Assembly: GCA_963747055.1 (NCBI GenBank)
Contig: CAVVDY010000003.1
Location: 49,630 to 113,629 of the forward strand
Source of the DNA: an uncultured Acidobacteriaceae bacterium
GTDB taxonomy: Bacteria > Acidobacteriota > Terriglobia > Terriglobales > Acidobacteriaceae
Reading direction: 5' to 3'
Length of the DNA: 64,000 nucleotides
A program made the position numbers and the translations under genes. The first letter of the stretch is position 1; each line of letters opens with the position of its first letter. Positions 60,965 through 64,000 of the stretch are shown here, one piece after another. The notes under the pieces are model-generated. The model was given only the letters and a program-made list of their open reading frames with translations. It was not told the origin of the DNA and did not search any database.

Positions 60965-61711
60965 TCATCCCATCAGAATTCCGCCGTTCACCTTAAGCAC
61001 TTCGCCCGTGATGTAGCCCGCCTCTTCCGACGCCAGAAACTTCACCGCGTGGGCCACGTCGAGATCGCTGCCGACTCGCCCGAGCGGAACGCTCTTCATC
61101 ATGCCTTCCTTCATCTCATCGGAGAGCACAGAAGTCATCGCGGTTTCGATCCAGCCCGGCGACACGGCGTTCACCGTGATGTTGCGCGAGGCCACTTCAC
61201 GCGCCACCGCCATCGTCAGTCCGATCAGTCCTGCCTTGGCCGATGCGTAATTGGCCTGCCCCGCCTGGCCGATCTGCCCGAAGATGCTGGTGACATTGAT
61301 AATCCTGCCCCAGCGCTGCTTCAGCATCGATCCGATGGCTGCCTGGGTGAGCAGGAACGGCGCCGTAAGGTTGGTGTTGATGACGTCGTCCCAATCAGCG
61401 CGCTTCATGCGCATGACCAACTGGTCGCGCGTGATCCCGGCATTGTTCACCAGAATGTCGACCTTGCCGAAGTGGGCGACGATGGCCTTCACTACCGACT
61501 TGATCTCTTCTTCGCTGCCCACGTCCATCTTGAACACCGCTGACTCGCCGCCCGCCGCTGCAATCTCGCTCGCCACCTGCTGCAGCTTCTGCTCATTGCG
61601 CGCGCACAGCGCGACCTTCGCCCCAGCAGCCGCCAGCACCATCGCGCACGCTCGCCCTATGCCTTGCGAAGCTCCCGTTACCAGCGCAACCCGGCCTTCC
61701 ACACCTGGCAT
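60965..61711 (-). CDS. fabG: 3-oxoacyl-[ACP] reductase
   Basis: 248 aa from ATG 61711. TGASQGIGRA, NNAG and YASAKAG (YxxxK) motifs. FabG-type throughout. Confidence 0.9.
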   Translation of the reverse strand: MPGVEGRVALVTGASQGIGRACAMVLAAAGAKVALCARNEQKLQQVASEIAAAGGESAVFKMDVGSEEEIKSVVKAIVAHFGKVDILVNNAGITRDQLVMRMKRADWDDVINTNLTAPFLLTQAAIGSMLKQRWGRIINVTSIFGQIGQAGQANYASAKAGLIGLTMAVAREVASRNITVNAVSPGWIETAMTSVLSDEMKEGMMKSVPLGRVGSDLDVAHAVKFLASEEAGYITGEVLKVNGGILMG

Positions 61712-61765
61712 GAATGTCTCCTCCGGTACCTCTCTGAAGTTCTGCACAACTCGGCGCTTTGAAAG

Positions 61766-61785
61766 GGTACGGCTTCAGCCGTGCC
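61766..61785. repeat. TTCA-loop REP-like hairpin
   Basis: GGTACGGC-TTCA-GCCGTGCC preceded by GAAAG, the same design as 24311-24330 (GGACGGCC-TTCA-GGCCGTCC preceded by GAAGG). Confidence 0.6.
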
Positions 61786-61950
61786 GCAATCCCACGAAAC
61801 GAACCCGGCTTATGCCGCTGAGGGTGATCTCCGTCGGTTGACGAGACCTGGCCCGGCACAAATCTCAGCAGGATTATACGAGCGCCGTCCGTCTGGACAG
61901 ACGTGCGTCATCGCGTTACGGCGAACCCGCAAGCCGATTCCCTTGGTCTA

Positions 61951-61986
61951 CTAAAACAGAAAGCCCGCCAGTTTCGCCGGCGGGCT
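61951..61986 (-). terminator. Rho-independent terminator downstream of the Ctp protease gene
   Basis: The minus strand reads AGCCCGCC-loop-GGCGGGCT followed by TTCTGTTTTAG. Confidence 0.55.
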
Positions 61987-62010
61987 CGATACGATGGTTG
62001 GGTGCCGGGG

Positions 62011-63237
62011 CTACGCTTTCTGTCCTTGGTTCTTCAGCACCTCGATCGCCTTGTTGAGTTGATCGTCGGGCTGGGCCTGCTTCTTTTCCTGGGTCTGGCC
62101 TTCCACGGCGTTGTCATCCTCGTCGGGGACCGCGAAGTCGTCGTTGTTATCGGCCACCAGAACGTTGGGCGTGATCGCCGTGTCTTCCAGCGCCTTGCCC
62201 GAAGGCGAGTAGTACTTCGCCACCGACAGAATCAGCGCTGAGCCATCCGGCAGATCGATCACCTTCTGGATCGCTCCTTCGCCGAAGGTCTTGTCGCCAA
62301 CAACGTCGCCGCGCGCATTCTCCATGATCGCCGAGGCGACAATCTCCGCCGGGCCGGCCGTGCCGCGATTCACCAGCACTACCAGCGGCAGGTTGCCCGC
62401 CACCGTTTTCTGCGGATCGGCAGTGAAGACCTGCTTGGGATACTTCTGGCCCTGGATGTAAGTGATGGTGCCATGATCGAGGAACAGGTTCGCCACGGCG
62501 ATGCCCTCGTCCTCTTCGCCGCCGCCGGAGTTGCGCAGGTCCAGCACGATCTTCTTCGCGCCGTCTTTCTCAATCTGCTTCAGCTTGGCGGCAACGTCCT
62601 GCGAGCGTCCTTTGGGGAAGTCGTCAATCTTGATGTAGCCGATGCCCGCATCCAGCATCTTGTCCGACACCGGGGGGTCGGTCACGATCTCGCGCGTGAT
62701 AGCGGCCTTCACCGGCTGCGCCTTGCGCGGCCGTACCACGGAAACGTTGACCACTGAGCCCGGCTGGCCCGACAGCAGGCCATCGATCTCCGCTACCGAC
62801 ATGTCGCGCGTCGTCTTGCCCTCAATCGCCTCAATAATGTCGCCCGAACTCATATCCGCCTTGTCCGCCGGCCCACCCGGAATCACCGAGATCACCGCGG
62901 CATATCCGAAGCGCTTGGAAATCGAAGCGCCGATTCCGGCCTTACCTTCGCTCTTGCGCTGCTTGTATTCCTTGTACTCGGTCGGATCGAGATAACTGGA
63001 GTCGGCGTCCAACGACTCCAACAGCCCGTGCAGGGCGCCGCTGGTGACCTTGGAAATGTTGGGGTCTGAGACGTATTCGGTGCGAATGCGCGACAGCACT
63101 TCGCTGTATACCCCAAGCTGCCGGTAAGAGTTGTCGCTGTCGTCGGTGCTGGCCTTAACGCCCAGTCCGCCGGCTACAACAAACGTGGCCAGCAGAAAGG
63201 AAGTACTAAGTAGAACGGCTTTGCTCGTCTTTGACAT
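62011..63237 (-). CDS. S41-family C-terminal processing peptidase (Ctp/Prc-like) with PDZ domain
   Basis: 408 aa from ATG 63237. Signal anchor, PDZ (GGPADKADMSSGDIIEAIEG), and catalytic region LDLRNSGGG...VLVNRGTAGPAEI. Confidence 0.9.
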   Translation of the reverse strand: MSKTSKAVLLSTSFLLATFVVAGGLGVKASTDDSDNSYRQLGVYSEVLSRIRTEYVSDPNISKVTSGALHGLLESLDADSSYLDPTEYKEYKQRKSEGKAGIGASISKRFGYAAVISVIPGGPADKADMSSGDIIEAIEGKTTRDMSVAEIDGLLSGQPGSVVNVSVVRPRKAQPVKAAITREIVTDPPVSDKMLDAGIGYIKIDDFPKGRSQDVAAKLKQIEKDGAKKIVLDLRNSGGGEEDEGIAVANLFLDHGTITYIQGQKYPKQVFTADPQKTVAGNLPLVVLVNRGTAGPAEIVASAIMENARGDVVGDKTFGEGAIQKVIDLPDGSALILSVAKYYSPSGKALEDTAITPNVLVADNNDDFAVPDEDDNAVEGQTQEKKQAQPDDQLNKAIEVLKNQGQKA

Positions 63238-63489
63238 CGTTTGTGCTACGCGATCTTTGTAGGGAGGGACGGGTCCTTCCGGTGGGATGCGGCCCGAGAA
63301 CTCACCCTTGATTATACCTGTCTTCGATGCAAGCTTAGGCCCGCCGATGCTGGAAATTACAGCGCCCGGGCTCTGGTGGCCTGCAGTAGCTTGGACGTGA
63401 TGGCTGTGTTTATGGAAGCTGAGGGCGGCCCGCAACGGCATCACTGGGTTGGAAGGCTGCGGCTAGCAGGCGTTACAAAAAGCTCATGT

Positions 63490-63800
63490 GAAGGCGTGGC
63501 CCGCGTCAGGGCACGACCTCGGTCGTGCCGAAAAGCTCCTTATTCCTTCCAGTGCGAGCGGACTTCAGTCCGCGAGCGCCCCATTTCCGGGTTCTTCAGA
63601 AGGCCTGTTTAAGAGTGCTCTGCCTGATATCCATAGTATTTGTCATCCCGACGCGGGACAAGCCGCCGAAGGGCCTGCTTTTCCTGACTAGCACGAAAGG
63701 CCCACTTGGCGAACGACGTTTGCGATTGTAAGGACCCACAAGCCCGCAGGGCCTGCGATGACAGCCCAGCCGGAAGCGGAGCGGAAGGCTGGGTACGGGA
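63490..63800. repeat. Cluster of REP-like hairpins / repeat-derived sequence
   Basis: GGCACGACC-TC-GGTCGTGCC (63510-63529), GCGGAC-TTCA-GTCCGC (63558-63573) and further GC-rich palindromic segments. There is no convincing ORF. Confidence 0.45.
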
Positions 63801-63803
63801 CCA

Positions 63804-64000
63804 TTAAAGGTCCGAGTCCCCCGGGGACGGCGTGCAGTTGCGGTGCGCATCTTGCTTAGTCGCGATGTCTAACTTGCCTTCGGCGGCCGCCTTCAACTCC
63901 CCCCACACTCGCTCCACTTGCTCCTCGGTCCTCTCCAGCGGCCCGGAGTTGTCGATCACATAATCGGCGTGCCTGCTCTTTTCTTCATCGCTGAACTGCG
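63804..64000 (-). CDS. coaE: Dephospho-CoA kinase, C-terminal part (gene continues beyond the window)
   Basis: My own translation of the minus strand: ...QFSDEEKSRHADYVIDNSGPLERTEEQVERVWGELKAAAEGK... is a typical CoaE C-terminus. The stop TAA is at 63804-63806. Confidence 0.6.
   Translation of the reverse strand, partial: QFSDEEKSRHADYVIDNSGPLERTEEQVERVWGELKAAAEGKLDIATKQDAHRNCTPSPGDSDL

Noticed and set aside
63596-63850. 84-aa ORF (MRTATARRPRGTRTF...) and the neighbouring small ORFs in the 63480-63850 spacer.
   Set aside because: They are read through palindromic repeat sequence, are Arg/Pro/Gly-rich, and have no start context.

Overview
This is a roughly 60% GC (by eye) chromosomal segment, most likely from an Acidobacteriota (Terriglobia-like) genome. 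That assignment is an inference from family content: an ADOP duplicated FtsX permease, an acidobacterial VWFA-related protein, a PEP-CTERM protein, a GxxExxY protein and a RAYT with REP-like hairpins. The backbone is housekeeping: lexA, gcdH, rarA, tsaC, glcDEF, ftsK, nhaA, glmU, yvcK, lepB, carAB, moaDE, purH, fabG and a Ctp protease. Several small accessory islets are embedded in it. (1) vapBC plus a GTGA-coupled two-gene operon of unknown function lies at 2968-4955. (2) A REP-associated tyrosine transposase has a 110-nt REP doublet beside it. (3) A GxxExxY cassette is bracketed by inverted CTCCGTG-type repeats. (4) A DUF4160/DUF2442 pair abuts glmU. (5) An AT-richer NYN-domain islet sits next to a solo IS end. 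(6) The most interesting item is a 3150-bp IS1-family transposon at 54478-57627, with 24-bp inverted repeats and an 8-bp target duplication CCAAGTAG that includes the stop codon of the VWA gene. It carries a compact four-gene cassette (Gp49/HigB-like toxin, XRE-HTH protein, a 227-aa unknown, a 50-aa CxxC protein) with its own palindromic operator, plus a tRNA/tmRNA-like acceptor-T-arm fragment. A 704-aa Tes/GDGT-MAS-like radical SAM enzyme is also present. The window carries many single-nucleotide frameshifts in otherwise well conserved genes (glcD, glcE, lepB, GH5 cellulase, PEP-CTERM protein, probably vapB and moaD/E, and four in the IS transposase). This argues for homopolymer-type assembly indels at least as much as for true pseudogenes. 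Heptanucleotide tandem-repeat arrays and a dispersed TTCA-loop hairpin family fill several intergenic gaps. No rRNA, CRISPR array or canonical tRNA was found.
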